A model generated the notes under the pieces. The model did no database searches, was not told the origin of the DNA, and saw only the letters and a list, made by a program, of their open reading frames with translations. Source: Candidatus Bathyarchaeota archaeon (GTDB lineage: Archaea; Thermoproteota; Bathyarchaeia; Bathyarchaeales; Bathycorpusculaceae). From it: a stretch of 64,000 nt of DNA. Positions 28,629 through 40,278 of the stretch are shown here, one piece after another (the first letter of the stretch is position 1; every line of letters starts with the position of its first letter). The position numbers were made by a program, and so were the translations under genes. Location of the stretch: assembly GCA_963818655.1 (NCBI GenBank), contig CAWFTD010000019.1, positions 109,332-173,331 of the forward strand, written 5' to 3'.

Positions 28629-29592
28629 TTAGTTAGCTGAAACCTGAAGCGCTTTCTTCAATCGACTCAGCAAAACCACACGGCTCTCGGGCGCTTCATT
28701 GATAAGTTTGTACCCTGTTTTCTCGGCTAATTGGGCAGCGAAATCTTTGACTTCATTGTGCATAGGCATTTGGTCAAAACCCAATCGCAAATTTGAGAAG
28801 CCGATGTGCATGTAAGCTTTGGCTTCAATGTAGGTAGGATTTGCTTTCTCAATGAGTTTTGCGTATTCATCTACCAAACTCATGTTGTGGTCTTTCACCA
28901 AAGTCATTCGAATTACTGTTGGGCAACGGAAACTCTTCAGTAAACCCAACGTTTCATTCACATTAGCCCAAGCACCTGGGAATAAGGGTCGACATGTTCG
29001 CTTGTAGACTTCTTCGTTTGGGGCACATAGGGAAATGTAGAGTTGGGTGGGTTCTTGACTTAGGTTCGAAAGTTTCGATGGCAAGGTGCCGTTTGAGACA
29101 AGAAAAGTGGTTAGCCCTTTCTGGTGAAATGTTTGTATGAGCTCGCCTAGTGGTTCGTAGAGGGTTGGTTCACCCGTTAAGCTTATGGCAACTTGTTTGG
29201 GTCTTTGTGCCTCTTGTAGTTTGCGCCAATCCGATTTTTCGTTGCCTTTGTACCCAGTTAAAATCTTTTCCTGCGCCTTAAAACAGCCTTCAACAATTTC
29301 TTCAGGTGTATCTTTGCTGGGATTTTTCATTTCATCCCACGTAACCTCCAAATCCCCACTTTGTGCCCTCCAGCAAAACAAGCACTGTTGCGTGCAAGAG
29401 TAGAGGGATGGCGTCATCTGGATGCAGCGGTGGGATTGGATACCGTAAAACTTCTGTTTGTAACATACTCTGCCGTTGACTATTGATTCGTAAAGCCACT
29501 TGCATCTTTTGACCGCCGAGTGACTTCCGATTAAATGGTACTTTTGTTTCTTGAGAGCACCTAAAAGTGGCGAGGCAGACTTTATTCTCCAA
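28629..29592 (-). CDS. taw1: 4-demethylwyosine synthase TYW1/Taw1 (radical SAM), 5' frameshift
   Basis: In-frame upstream of 29417: HSAVKRCKW, CYKQKFYGIQSHRCIQMTP; then CTQQCLFCWR, AISLTGEP and EAKAYMHIG. Confidence 0.94.
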
Positions 29593-29803
29593 AGGTTACA
29601 CCGAGTTTCTGTAACATTAGAAAAAGCGTCTTTTAAAAATCCCTATGTCCCCAAGTGGTTTTCAGCATGGAATCTCTGTTCAAGCTGTTTTTAGTCTGGT
29701 TAGTCTTTATGGTTTTTGTTTGAAAGGTAAAGTTTAAAATCATCCCTAGGTTAAATCATGAGCATCAAGCAAAGTTGGCTACCTATTTAGGAGACCGAGT
29801 GGT

Positions 29804-31886
29804 TTGAACAAGAAAATTATCACAGTAACCATCTTATTCATCATGGCGTTTGCTGTAGTCGTTTCGCCCATTGAAGTTTATGCACAGAACACAAACCTCG
29901 GCGTAAATCTTCTTCAAATTACACCCAGTGAAGCAACCGGTCCGGTAGGGTCAAGTGTTAACGTTATAGGTACTCTCTATACTTCTAACGGCTCCTACCA
30001 GCTTTTTGTGGGCAGAACACTTGTCGCGAGCGGGAAATCTCAAGGTTACTATGTTGAAACGAACTTCATTGTTCCCCAACTTCTAAGTGGACCTTACGCA
30101 CTTATTCTTCGAGATGTTGCCATTAACATCAACTCAACTAAACAGTTCACTGTTACAACAAACTATGCAATAAATGCGGTTCCTTCATCAGTACAGGAAG
30201 GCAGCAATGTAGTGTTGAACGTCACTGTCTCAGGCGGTAAATTAGGCACTTCTTATAGCGCAAATGTCGGTGTTGCTCTTCCAACTCCGCTTAGCACAGT
30301 TTACACAAAGTCGGTTACTTTAGGAAACCCCAACGAAGTGGGAACCACGAGTGCACAAATAACTTTTCCAGACACTAGTTTCTTACCCACCGGTTCACTC
30401 ACCGATTATACAGGAACCTACACAGTCTACTTTAACCAATCGCAGGCCTTAGCTCAGAATACGTTTGCAGTAAACTTTATTGATTCAACAACCCCGCATA
30501 GAGGTCAAACAGTAAACGTTCGAGCAACAGCTTACCAAGCTAACGAGCCCGCAACCCTTACCATAACTAACGTTAAATCAGGGACGGCTATCTACACCGC
30601 TCCCGTATCGGCTACAGCAGACGGAGTAATCAGCACAAACTGGGCCGTTTCAGCCAACGCCGACGTCGGCGACTACACTATCAAAATAACGCCTCAAAAC
30701 ACCCAAAAATCAATATCTGATACACAAACCTTCACGGTTCCTGGGTACTCCATTAAGGTTCAAACCAATAATTTGGCTGGTCAAGCAGTCGGGGGAATAG
30801 CAATTTCGGCTATAGATGAATCCACCAAAACTGCTTACAATGCTACAAGCGATTCGAACGGGGTTGCAAACTTTAAGCTTGAATCAGGTGCAACTGTCCT
30901 TACAGCTTTCTGGAATGCAGTTAACGTTGGAGAAGAAAGCATCACTGTCAGTGGAGATGCAACCTTTACCTTAAGCTGCCAGCTAACTAACATAAAGATA
31001 ACCGTAAAAAACACCAATGGAATCGCCATGCCCTTTGTTAACCTAAACATAGCTTATCATTACCAAAGCAGCGCAGGAACAAAGACTGGGAGCGCTACAG
31101 GACAAACAGATTCTTCAGGAAGCTACACATTAACCTCAGGTTTTGCTGGAGCAACTTACACCATAGATGCCTCGATTTACAATAAAATTTTTAATTCAGG
31201 CAACAACACGGTTAGCAACTTACCAACTCAAGCAACTGCCCAAGTATTCATAATTTGCCCAATCGAAACCCTGTCCATTAGTATTCTGGGTTCTAACCAA
31301 GAACCAATTCCCGATGCACGTATCGAACTAGTGGAGTTATCAAATGGTCTTTTCTATTCGGCTTCAACCGACAGTAACGGTGCTGCGACAATCCAAGCTA
31401 CCTTTGGAATGTACCGTTCAAGAGTTTACAAGGATACAACTCTTATCAACGAAACAAACGTGAATCTCTTTAGCAGTAGTCAGCAGCAAATCCACGCCAC
31501 ATTGTATGGTATTCAACTTTCAGTGGATGTTGTTGATTTCTTTGGGACTCCAATCTCGAATGCTGATGTAACGTTAAATGGACCAGTTACATACCTCATC
31601 AGTTACTCAAAGCAATGGAAAAGCTACTTTCAACAATGTCATAGGTGGCAACATGCAAATAATCGCTCAAGTTTCAGGAACACAAGACGCTTCCCAAGCA
31701 ATAACAGTAACAGTTAATCAACCAACCACCGTTCAAATAAAAATCGAAAAATACGTCACTCTTGGGTCGATTCTGATACAGACAAGCGCACTCTTCACAA
31801 TTCTAGTAATTCTAATAATTATAATCCTGTTTGCCATCGTCGAGGTTTTCAGACGAAGAAGAGTTAAACATGCATCTGCAATCTAA
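29804..31886 (+). CDS. secreted or surface protein with Ig/carboxypeptidase-regulatory-like repeats and C-terminal TM anchor (frameshift near 31590)
   Basis: Signal peptide, Thr/Ser/Asn-rich, repeated T(S)DSNG.A motifs; second frame ends in a TM helix plus RRRR. Confidence 0.8.
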
Positions 31887-31994
31887 ATTTCGTCCTTTTA
31901 TAGAAAAAAGTTTATATGGCTTCCAAATCAATAATGGAAAACTAAGGGTCATTACAAAACACAATATTTTGATTTGACAATTGAGGTATATCTG

Positions 31995-32282
31995 TTGGCT
32001 CAATCAAAAGCTTGTTCTCCCGCATGTCCATCTTTTAAATGCGCAAAAAACTCTGTTTTCTACAGACGGGATACTGTTTGGTGTAGGGAAACCGAAGAAC
32101 AATGCAACGTTGCAAAATGTACATATTCAATGTGCATGAAAAGAAGGATGTTGCCTGGCGGAATTTGCGGTGAAACCATCAAACGTAAGACCGTTGAGAA
32201 AGATGTCGACGACTTCTTCGATGAGTCAGTGAAACTTAAAGGAAAAGCGTTGCGCAAACTTGGAGACCAAGATTTCTACTAA
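31995..32282 (+). CDS. hypothetical Cys-rich protein
   Basis: Eight Cys in the N-terminal half; acidic and basic tail. Confidence 0.7.
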   Translation: MAQSKACSPACPSFKCAKNSVFYRRDTVWCRETEEQCNVAKCTYSMCMKRRMLPGGICGETIKRKTVEKDVDDFFDESVKLKGKALRKLGDQDFY

Positions 32283-32333
32283 AATGAAGACTAAAACAAA
32301 ATTTGCTCGTGTAGAGACACGAGTTTTCATTTT

Positions 32334-32495
32334 CTATTTTGATTTAACCCGTTTTACTACAGGTGGTTTAACCTTCTTTAGAATCCTGTATCCACAGATG
32401 ATGCATTTGGTTTCTCCGCCGCGTAGCTCTAGCTCTTCAGAAGGTACTCTTGAACCACATCTCATGCATTCATAAACAATTCCTGATTTTTCCAT
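32334..32495 (-). CDS. rpoP: RNA polymerase subunit Rpo12 (RpoP)
   Basis: Manual translation MEKSGIVYECMRCG...KCIICGYRILKKVKPPVVKRVKSK. Confidence 0.93.
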   Translation of the reverse strand: MEKSGIVYECMRCGSRVPSEELELRGGETKCIICGYRILKKVKPPVVKRVKSK

Positions 32496-32571
32496 AAAGA
32501 ACGCCTGTCTACAAAGAAAAGCATTTTACTTTTAAACATTTCCAATACTTGCTGATAATGAGGATGAATAG

Positions 32572-33438
32572 TTGAGGAAACGGCTTCGAGACAAGCTTTC
32601 AGAGAATCTTTCTGCAGAAACTTTGAGTAAAGTTAGCAATTCTTTTGACATAATAGGTGACATTGCAATAATCAAAATAACGTGTAGCAACATTGCCGAC
32701 GCAGAGAGGGTAGCAAAAAAAATAATGGATGTTCACCGAAACATAAAAACCGTCCTCACACCCGTAACCTGCATCACTGGAGATTTTAGAGTTAGAGAAT
32801 TAAGTCTGTTGGCGGGTGAAGATAAAACAAGCACATTGCATAAGGAATCTGGGTGCATTTTTATGGTCGATGTAGAAAAGACATATTTTTCGCCCAGACT
32901 TTCATTTGAACATCAGCGAATAGCCAGCCTTGTTAAGAGTAACGAAACTGTGGTTAACATGTTTGCGGGCGTGGGCTGCTTTAGCATAATTATCGCAAAA
33001 ACTGTAAGTCCTGTCAGAGTTTATTCAATCGATGTTAACCCAACCGCGTTGAAATGTATGGAGAAAAATGTTAACATCAACAAAGTTCAAGGTAGTGTCT
33101 TTCCAATATTGGGTGACTCAAAAGACATAATTTCAGCTCAATTAGGTGGCATAGCTGATCGCGTCTTGATGCCCCTCCCTGAGAAAGCCCTCGAATATCT
33201 GCCATATGCGCTTTCGGCACTAAAACCATCAGGCGGCATGATTCACTACTATGATTTTCAGCATGCTCCTGGAAAAGAAAATCCTATAGAGAAGACAAAG
33301 TTGATGGTTGCCAAAAAACTCGACAATTTAGGTGTAAGTTACGTGTTTGTTAATTCGCGTGTGATGCGTCCAACCGGTCCAAACTGGTACCAAACCGTAT
33401 TAGACATACAGGTCGATGCGTTGCCAAGCAAGTTTTAA
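32572..33438 (+). CDS. Trm5/Taw2-family tRNA G37 SAM-dependent transferase
   Basis: [27 protein letters not shown] and RVLMPLP motifs. Confidence 0.88.
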   Translation: MRKRLRDKLSENLSAETLSKVSNSFDIIGDIAIIKITCSNIADAERVAKKIMDVHRNIKTVLTPVTCITGDFRVRELSLLAGEDKTSTLHKESGCIFMVDVEKTYFSPRLSFEHQRIASLVKSNETVVNMFAGVGCFSIIIAKTVSPVRVYSIDVNPTALKCMEKNVNINKVQGSVFPILGDSKDIISAQLGGIADRVLMPLPEKALEYLPYALSALKPSGGMIHYYDFQHAPGKENPIEKTKLMVAKKLDNLGVSYVFVNSRVMRPTGPNWYQTVLDIQVDALPSKF

Positions 33439-33475
33439 TAACTCAACTCTCACCTATTCTAATTCGTGGAATCCG

Positions 33476-33745
33476 ATGAAACGTAAACTAATGGACATCC
33501 TCGCTTGCCCAATCGACAAGTATCATCCGCTAGAACTTCATGTCTTCGACGAAAAAGACGAAATAGTAGAAGGCCTAATTGTCTGCCCTAAATGCCTACG
33601 TTGGTACCCAATCCGTGATGAAATCCCTGAAATGCTTCCCGACGAACTACGCAAAGCGGACGATGATTTGCCGTTTCTAAAGAAATGGAAGGAAAAAGCT
33701 CCCCCACAAATAGTTTCTGAAGGTAAACCGTTCAACCTAAAATAA
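33476..33745 (+). CDS. Trm112 family methyltransferase activator
   Basis: [20 protein letters not shown] and [12 protein letters not shown] motifs. Confidence 0.92.
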   Translation: MKRKLMDILACPIDKYHPLELHVFDEKDEIVEGLIVCPKCLRWYPIRDEIPEMLPDELRKADDDLPFLKKWKEKAPPQIVSEGKPFNLK

Positions 33746-34700
33746 TATTTTGCTTTTTTAGTTCTATTGCTTTGTTTTTTGCTGAAGATTCTGATGCTGC
33801 TGTAGCAACTGTTAGGGCTCTTACTCCATCTTCCCCCGTTACGATAGGTTTCTTTTTTTCCACAATACAATCAATGAAGTGCTGTAGCTCTGCTTTAAGG
33901 GGTTCTTGGAATGGATAGCGTGGCTGCACGGATTGAGTTTGCTGTTCAATCCACATGTCCTGGGTAATATAATCTAAACGCATAATGGCGTCGCTTCCAG
34001 TAACAGTTAAAGTGCGGGTCTTGTAGGGTGTTAGCCAGTTGGATTCAATGAAAGCGCTCTTGCCATCAGCATAAGTAAGCATGATATGAGCGTAATCTTC
34101 AAATTTCTTAATTCTCATGCTTCCCATCTTCGCATAAACAGAAATCGGGTCTTCACCGGAAATGAATCGCATAACATCAATATCGTGAATAGCAGTATCC
34201 TTAACTACGCCAACATCGCCGATTCGTTCCGGCCACTGAGAAACCCGCTTGGCAGTTACACAGACTAATTCTCCGATTTTTTTGTTCTCAACTGATTCAC
34301 GAATCACCTGCAAACCAGGGATAAACCGCATTAGAAAGCCCACTGTTAAATGCAATCCATTGTCTTTTGCAGTTTGCACCAACTCCTCTGCTTGCTGGGG
34401 AGTAGTTGCCATAGGCTTCTCCACTAAAACATGTTTTCCAGCATTTAATGCGTTCATTGCTTCTTGTGCCAGAATCGTTGACCAGGTGCAGACGTTCACG
34501 GCTTCAATAGACTTATCTTTTAACATTTGGGTGCTATCAGAGTAGGCTTTTACGCCGTACTGGGCTGCCATAGTTTTTGCTCTTTCAGCGTTAACATCAC
34601 ATACCGCTACAAGTTCAGCGGAGGGAAGTTCTTTGTAGACTCTTGCGTGGTTTTTTCCCCACTGCCCAGTTCCAATTACTGCAACGCCAAGTTTCTTCAA
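33732..34700 (-). CDS. Gfo/Idh/MocA oxidoreductase (UDP-GlcNAc 3-dehydrogenase-like)
   Basis: IGTGQWG, HVLVEKP and DTAIHDID motifs. Confidence 0.9.
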   Translation of the reverse strand: MKKLGVAVIGTGQWGKNHARVYKELPSAELVAVCDVNAERAKTMAAQYGVKAYSDSTQMLKDKSIEAVNVCTWSTILAQEAMNALNAGKHVLVEKPMATTPQQAEELVQTAKDNGLHLTVGFLMRFIPGLQVIRESVENKKIGELVCVTAKRVSQWPERIGDVGVVKDTAIHDIDVMRFISGEDPISVYAKMGSMRIKKFEDYAHIMLTYADGKSAFIESNWLTPYKTRTLTVTGSDAIMRLDYITQDMWIEQQTQSVQPRYPFQEPLKAELQHFIDCIVEKKKPIVTGEDGVRALTVATAASESSAKNKAIELKKQNIILG

Positions 34701-36025
34701 TTCTTATCAGTTCCTCTACCTAACCCACAGTATATGAAACCTTCTGCTTCAACCTTTTTTGGTTCAAAAATACCAATCAAATCCACGATTACTGAAGGAT
34801 TCTTCATGAGGGCTTTTAGTTTTTTGATGTTCAAGTTTTTGAATTGTTCCTGCCCAGTCAAAATTACAATACAATCTGTGCCTTCGACTGCCTCATTTAG
34901 ATTAGTTTTCACTATTCGCCATTCCTGAGGACCCATCTTTGATACAGGATCGTAGAGGCTGGCTTTGGCACCCTTCAACTCAATCATCTCAACAAAAATG
35001 CCCGTAGCCGTCGTTGGGTTAGCCGTACCCAAAACGGCAACTCTGGCTCTTCTCAAAGGTTTACCGCATTTTCGCAGAGCTTCCTGCGTTAAATTGACTG
35101 CGTGTTTAACCATGTCCTCATTTATCTGTCTAGCCAACGTGGGAAGCCTAAGTTTGGCATTAAAGTTTTCAGCGCTATCAAGCAACAAATATGCTTCATG
35201 TTTGCTTTCTTTATCGACGATAGTGGGGTAAAAGTTTGGGTCGTTGAGTTCAAGTAGTTCTAGGACTTTGAAGTAGTCGATGTTCGCATTTTCGCAGAAA
35301 ATCGCCAATTCATTAGCCAAAGCCCTGTTGGAGTCTTGTTTTGCCAAGGTGAAAAGTGTGGCGATTTCCGTAGTTTTTAGGTCGGCTACCTCTTTAATCT
35401 CTTTTGTTATCGTCTTGAGGATTGTTGAGGCTGCTTTTAGGCTTGTTGGGTCGGTAGCCGCAACTTTTAACTCCAAATTAGCAATCAAAGCGTCTGCGGT
35501 AAGAATTGGGTTGTAAGCTAAACCGAAATCCGTTCCTGCCTTGAAACCCGAGGTATTTTCCAAGGTTTCTTTCATTAGTCCTTCGATAAAGCCGAAACCC
35601 GCAATGCCACCGTAGATAACTAATGTGCCCTGGCGAAGGGCAGCTCCAACTTGCTTGATGGCGCTAACTATTTGTGAGTAATCGGTTTTTTTCTGTTCGT
35701 CAATTTTTGCTCCCACAGCTATAACAATGACATCGCTTTTGGAAACCGCGTCTTTGCGTTCGGAGCTGACGCTTATTTGTCCTTTGTTAATGTAGTTTTT
35801 TAGTTTAGCTTCCACCTGCGATTGAGCACTGGCTGTTTTTCCCTTCGCCACCTTTTTTACAACACTCGCATCAGCATCAGTGCAGATTACCTTAAACCCT
35901 GCTTCTGCAAAAGCGTTAGCGTAGAGAATTCCTTTTTGTCCGCATCCAACTACGCTCACAGTATATTTTGAGCGTTTCTCGTTGGTATCAACTTCATCGG
36001 GTTTTAGGTTTAAGACTGCAGGCAT
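34697..36025 (-). CDS. UDP-glucose/GDP-mannose dehydrogenase-family protein, degenerate active site
   Basis: GCGQKG Rossmann, LENTSGFKAGTDFGLAY, ALANELAIFCE, ARQINEDM and YDP motifs; no GGHC motif. Confidence 0.8.
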   Translation of the reverse strand: MPAVLNLKPDEVDTNEKRSKYTVSVVGCGQKGILYANAFAEAGFKVICTDADASVVKKVAKGKTASAQSQVEAKLKNYINKGQISVSSERKDAVSKSDVIVIAVGAKIDEQKKTDYSQIVSAIKQVGAALRQGTLVIYGGIAGFGFIEGLMKETLENTSGFKAGTDFGLAYNPILTADALIANLELKVAATDPTSLKAASTILKTITKEIKEVADLKTTEIATLFTLAKQDSNRALANELAIFCENANIDYFKVLELLELNDPNFYPTIVDKESKHEAYLLLDSAENFNAKLRLPTLARQINEDMVKHAVNLTQEALRKCGKPLRRARVAVLGTANPTTATGIFVEMIELKGAKASLYDPVSKMGPQEWRIVKTNLNEAVEGTDCIVILTGQEQFKNLNIKKLKALMKNPSVIVDLIGIFEPKKVEAEGFIYCGLGRGTDKN

Positions 36026-36058
36026 CGGGAGTTCACTTCCCAACAAATTTGGGGGTTG

Positions 36059-37429
36059 TTATGTGGTTTCGAGGATTTTCTTAAGCCTTGCGCTGTAGTC
36101 TTCGATTAATTGTAATGCTTTCTGTTGGTTTTTTGCCTCAGCGTATAATCGGAAGACTGGTTCGGTTCCGCTTGGTCGAATCAAGATGGCGCTGGCGTCG
36201 CTAAACCAGATTTTGACGCCGTCTATAGTACTGACGTTTTCGCCCTTAACCTGCTCGTAGATTTTCTGCTGCAGAATAGCTTTTTTGTCGTCTGGGCACT
36301 CGATTTTTCCTTTCTCAATGAAGTATTGTGGTTGCTCAGCAATAAGTTGAGCAAGTGACTTACCCGTATCAGCCATGATGCTGAGCAGCAAAACAGTTGT
36401 CATTGCACCGTCACGGACAGCTTGGTGTGGACCATAGAATACTCCACCGTTCTCTTCCCCGCCCAAATTGGCGTTTTCTTCCTTCATTTTTTGAGAAACA
36501 GTTACACTACCAACTTTGGTCCATACTAATTGACCTTTGAAAGCTTCAACAGTGTCCTTGATTAGGGTGGATGAACTAACTGGCGTGATTATTTTTGCGC
36601 CAGGATTCTTTTGTAGATACTGTTTTATGATAACGGCGAAGGTTTTGTCTCCCATGTAAATCTGGCCGTTTGCGTCAACGAATATAGAGCGGTCAGCATC
36701 ACCGTCGAAGGCTACTCCCATATCGGCTTTAATTGCCTTCACCGTTGAAGCCAAATCACCTAAGCTTTCAGGACGGGGTTCGGGCATTCTACCGGGGAAG
36801 GTTCCGTCGATGTTAGCGTTTATGCTTGTGATTTTGCAGCCAAGTTCCCTGAGCAGTGGCGGTGCAGTTAATCCTCCAACGCTGTTTGCCGCATCGACGA
36901 CGACGTGGAAGTGCGCGTTGGCAATTCTTGTTTTGTTAACATGTTTCTTTATGGCTTGAATATATTCATCGTTGATTCCAGCCAACTCACGCTTCACCCC
37001 GAGTTTGTCCCATGGGGCAAAGACGATTTTGTTGTCAAAGTAAATGTTCTCAATCTCGACTTCTTGTTCATGTGAGGTTTCGATGCCGTCACTCCAAATG
37101 ACTTTAATTCCATTGTATTCTGGCGGGTTGTGAGAAGCAGTAATTATTACTCCACCATCAAGCTTATGATTTTTTACGGCAAATTGCAGGGATGGCGTAG
37201 GCGCCATTCCAGCAACGAACACGTTACATCCAGTAGCGGTTAAGCCAGAAACTACAGCTTTAGCGAACATAGGACCGCTGGTTCTAGCATCGTATCCCAA
37301 GAGTAAGTTTTTTTCTTTTCCAAAAAAAGTTCCAATCGAAGCTCCAACTTTTATGGCCATTTCAGGCGTCAACTCTACGTTGACAAGGCCTCGTATTCCG
37401 TTTGTTCCAAAAAGTTTCCTTGAACTCAT
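36059..37429 (-). CDS. glmM: phosphoglucosamine mutase / phosphomannomutase
   Basis: FGTNGIRG, TASHNP, DGDADR, GGEENG and RPSGTEP motifs. Confidence 0.92.
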   Translation of the reverse strand: MSSRKLFGTNGIRGLVNVELTPEMAIKVGASIGTFFGKEKNLLLGYDARTSGPMFAKAVVSGLTATGCNVFVAGMAPTPSLQFAVKNHKLDGGVIITASHNPPEYNGIKVIWSDGIETSHEQEVEIENIYFDNKIVFAPWDKLGVKRELAGINDEYIQAIKKHVNKTRIANAHFHVVVDAANSVGGLTAPPLLRELGCKITSINANIDGTFPGRMPEPRPESLGDLASTVKAIKADMGVAFDGDADRSIFVDANGQIYMGDKTFAVIIKQYLQKNPGAKIITPVSSSTLIKDTVEAFKGQLVWTKVGSVTVSQKMKEENANLGGEENGGVFYGPHQAVRDGAMTTVLLLSIMADTGKSLAQLIAEQPQYFIEKGKIECPDDKKAILQQKIYEQVKGENVSTIDGVKIWFSDASAILIRPSGTEPVFRLYAEAKNQQKALQLIEDYSARLKKILETT

Positions 37430-37471
37430 GTTAATTCAACTCTGTAGCTAATTAACAGTCAAGTTTAGGTT

Positions 37472-38542
37472 TTAAAACGTTTCAGTAACTTCCTTTGCGG
37501 GGCAGACTACTTGACCATCATGCATGTGAACGCTGTCTTTAACTTTGGCGTGGTCACCTACAACACAGCCCTTTGGAAGCCTAACACCTTTGCCTATTCT
37601 TGCGCCTTCGCCAACGATTGCTCCGTCTAGGAATGCGCCGTCGGCTACGTGTGCTTCTGCTAAGATGACTGAATTGGCAATTTGCACGTTATTGCCAACT
37701 TTGACGTTTTTACCCAGGACCGTGTACGGGCCGATGACTGAGTTTTCGCCTACCAGGACTCCAGTATCCATGGCAACGGGGTTTTTCACGAATGGTTCAG
37801 GCTTTTCTTGTTTGGTTTTTCTTGCGAGAGATTCGAGGACTATCTTGTTTGCCTCTAGGTATTCTTGGGGTTTGCCGATATCTATCCATAACCCGCTGAT
37901 GCATTGTCCACTTAGTTTGCCTTCTTCAGCTAGCTTGGGAAAGACTTCTCGCTCGATAGAAACTGCTCTTCCCTTAGGAATGTACGCGAACACTTCTGGG
38001 TTGAGTACGTAGACACCCGCATTTATGAGATTGCTTGGTGCTTGACCTTTGGGTGGTTTTTCAACAAACTTTTTAATGGCATTACCTTTTAGGTCTGCCA
38101 CGCCAAAACTGCAGGGGTCGTCGACTTTGCAGAGTGCAATCGTGGCCAATGCACCCGATTTTTTGTGTGCTTCAAGCAGTTCGCGATAGTTTATATCAGC
38201 GTATATGTCACCGTTCAACATGATAAACGGTTCATCGTGCCCAATTAGCTTCTCTGCTTTCTTTAGTGGTCCCCCTGTTCCAAGAGGCATCTTGGGCGGG
38301 TCAACAGAAAATCGAATTTTTAAGCCACATTTTGATGGTTTATGTTGCGTGATGTAGAATTTTGTAATTGCATTGACTGCAAGTATGGCTTCGTCTACTC
38401 CACCTTCGGCTAATCGTTCAAAAATCCATTGCAGTAGTGGTTTGTTGACTATTGGGAAAAGGGTTTTGGGTCTGGAGCAACTTAGGGGTCGTAGCCTTGT
38501 GGCGAAGCCACCCGCTAAAATCAATGCTTTCAGAGTAGTCAC
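37472..38542 (-). CDS. NDP-sugar synthase (mannose-1-phosphate guanylyltransferase-like)
   Basis: LAGGFATRLRPL, FVEKP, NAGVY, WIDIG and C-terminal hexapeptide repeats. Confidence 0.92.
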   Translation of the reverse strand: MTTLKALILAGGFATRLRPLSCSRPKTLFPIVNKPLLQWIFERLAEGGVDEAILAVNAITKFYITQHKPSKCGLKIRFSVDPPKMPLGTGGPLKKAEKLIGHDEPFIMLNGDIYADINYRELLEAHKKSGALATIALCKVDDPCSFGVADLKGNAIKKFVEKPPKGQAPSNLINAGVYVLNPEVFAYIPKGRAVSIEREVFPKLAEEGKLSGQCISGLWIDIGKPQEYLEANKIVLESLARKTKQEKPEPFVKNPVAMDTGVLVGENSVIGPYTVLGKNVKVGNNVQIANSVILAEAHVADGAFLDGAIVGEGARIGKGVRLPKGCVVGDHAKVKDSVHMHDGQVVCPAKEVTETF

Positions 38543-38725
38543 CTTGGGTATGCAGTAGACTATTAACTAGTTTTTATATAAACAATTATGAACCTGAAAT
38601 CTGAATTTTCGTCTATTTTGATCCAATAATGGTTCAATGCAGCAGCCCTGTAGGAGGCAAGCTTTCGCTAATGGGTAGGTCGTATTGACATTTTCTAATG
38701 TCATTAGCATGTTGAAAATCAGTAG

Positions 38726-40278
38726 TTATTCCCACTCGATGGTTGCAGGCGGCTTATGAGTAATATCATATACGACACGGGTGACCTGAGGTATCTCATT
38801 TGTTATACGGGTGGAAATCTTTTCCAGAAACTGATATGGAATCTTTGCGAAAATGGCGGTCATGGCTTCACGGCTCTCCATCGCCCGAACAGCCACAACG
38901 TAACCGTACGCTCGCGCATCACCCTTAACACCAGTTGCTTTAGTATCCGTTAACACCGCAAAGTACTGCCAAAGGTTATCAGCTAAATTGTTCCTCTCGA
39001 TTTCCTCTCGAACGATTTTGTCAGCTTTCTTGGCGATTAAAACTTTTTCATAATTCAAGTCGCCCATTATCCTAACTGCTAAACCTGGTCCCGGAAAAGG
39101 CTGGCGATTAACGATTTCTTTTGGTAAATCAAGCATTCTTGCGACTTTACGCACTTCATCCTTGTATAGGTCTCGGAGAGGTTCGAGGATTTTTTTGAAT
39201 TTAATCTTCTCAGGCAACCCAGCTACGTTGTGATGTGATTTGATTTTATCAGAGTTTTTCCTGAAACCAGACTCAATCCTGTCTGGGTAGATGGTTCCTT
39301 GAATTAAGTATTCCGCACCTGATTCATTTGCAATTTCCTCAAAAACCCTGATGAACTCTTCTCCGATTACTTTACGTTTAGTTTCAGGTTCAACAACGCC
39401 TTTAAGTTTCGCCATGAAGCGGTCTTGTACGTTTGCAACCATGAATTTAATTGGGTATTTTTGGAATGTTTCACGTATTTGTTCAGGTTCGCCTTCCCGC
39501 ATGAATCCATGATCAACGAAGACGGCTGTTAACTTTTCTCCTAGACGCTTGAGCAGCGAGAGCGGTGGCGACGCTTGAATCTATACCTCCGCTTAACCCA
39601 ATTATTGCAGTGCCTCCTCCTGTTTCCATCTGCAATTCTTTGACCATTTTAGGTATGAGGTCTTCCATCTGCCAGTTGGCTTGGCACTTGCAAACTTGGA
39701 ATATGAAGTTTTGGAGCATCCGCATGCCGTTCTCGGTGTGGATGACTTCGGGGTGCCATTGGAGTCCGTAGATTGGTTTTGTCTTGTGCCTAAATGCGGC
39801 GACGGGGCAATTGTCTGTGTGAGCTAAAGCTTCGAACTCTGGCGGGAGGAGCAAAAACGGTGTCGCCATGACTCATCCAAACCTTCTCATTCTCACTTAA
39901 CCCTTCCAGTACGCCTACTGGCTTGTCTATTGCGACTTGTGCAATGCCGTATTCTTTGCAGGTTGCAGGTTCAACTTTACTTCCTGTTATTTGTGCTAAA
40001 AGCTGGTGCCCATAACATAAACCCAAAATCGGTAAGTTTACTTCTAAGATGCGTGGGTGGAGTTTCGGAGCGTTTGGCTCATAGACGCTTGAAGGTCCAC
40101 CAGAAAATATTAGACCTTTAACGTTGAATTTTTCATTTAGAGCCGCCACTTCTTCGGGTGAGATATCGTGAGGGACGATTTCTGAATATACGCCATGTTC
40201 TCTGATTCTTCTGCCAATTAGATGGCAGTATTGTCCGCCAAAGTCAAGAACAAGTATGGTGTCGTATTTTGTTTGCAT
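38726..40278 (-). CDS. guaA: GMP synthase (glutamine-hydrolysing), two frameshifts
   Basis: DFGGQY, GLCYGHQ, QWHPE, SGGIDSS, IKSHHN and KPPATIEWE across three overlapping ORFs. Confidence 0.93.

Noticed and set aside
38686-38703. TGACATT-TTCT-AATGTCA hairpin downstream of guaA as a purine riboswitch
   Set aside because: It lies 3' of guaA and lacks an aptamer core; at most a terminator or operator
38726-40278. guaA as naturally split guaAA/guaAB or as programmed frameshifting
   Set aside because: The breaks fall inside domains rather than at the GATase/ATPPase boundary, and they match the window-wide indel pattern
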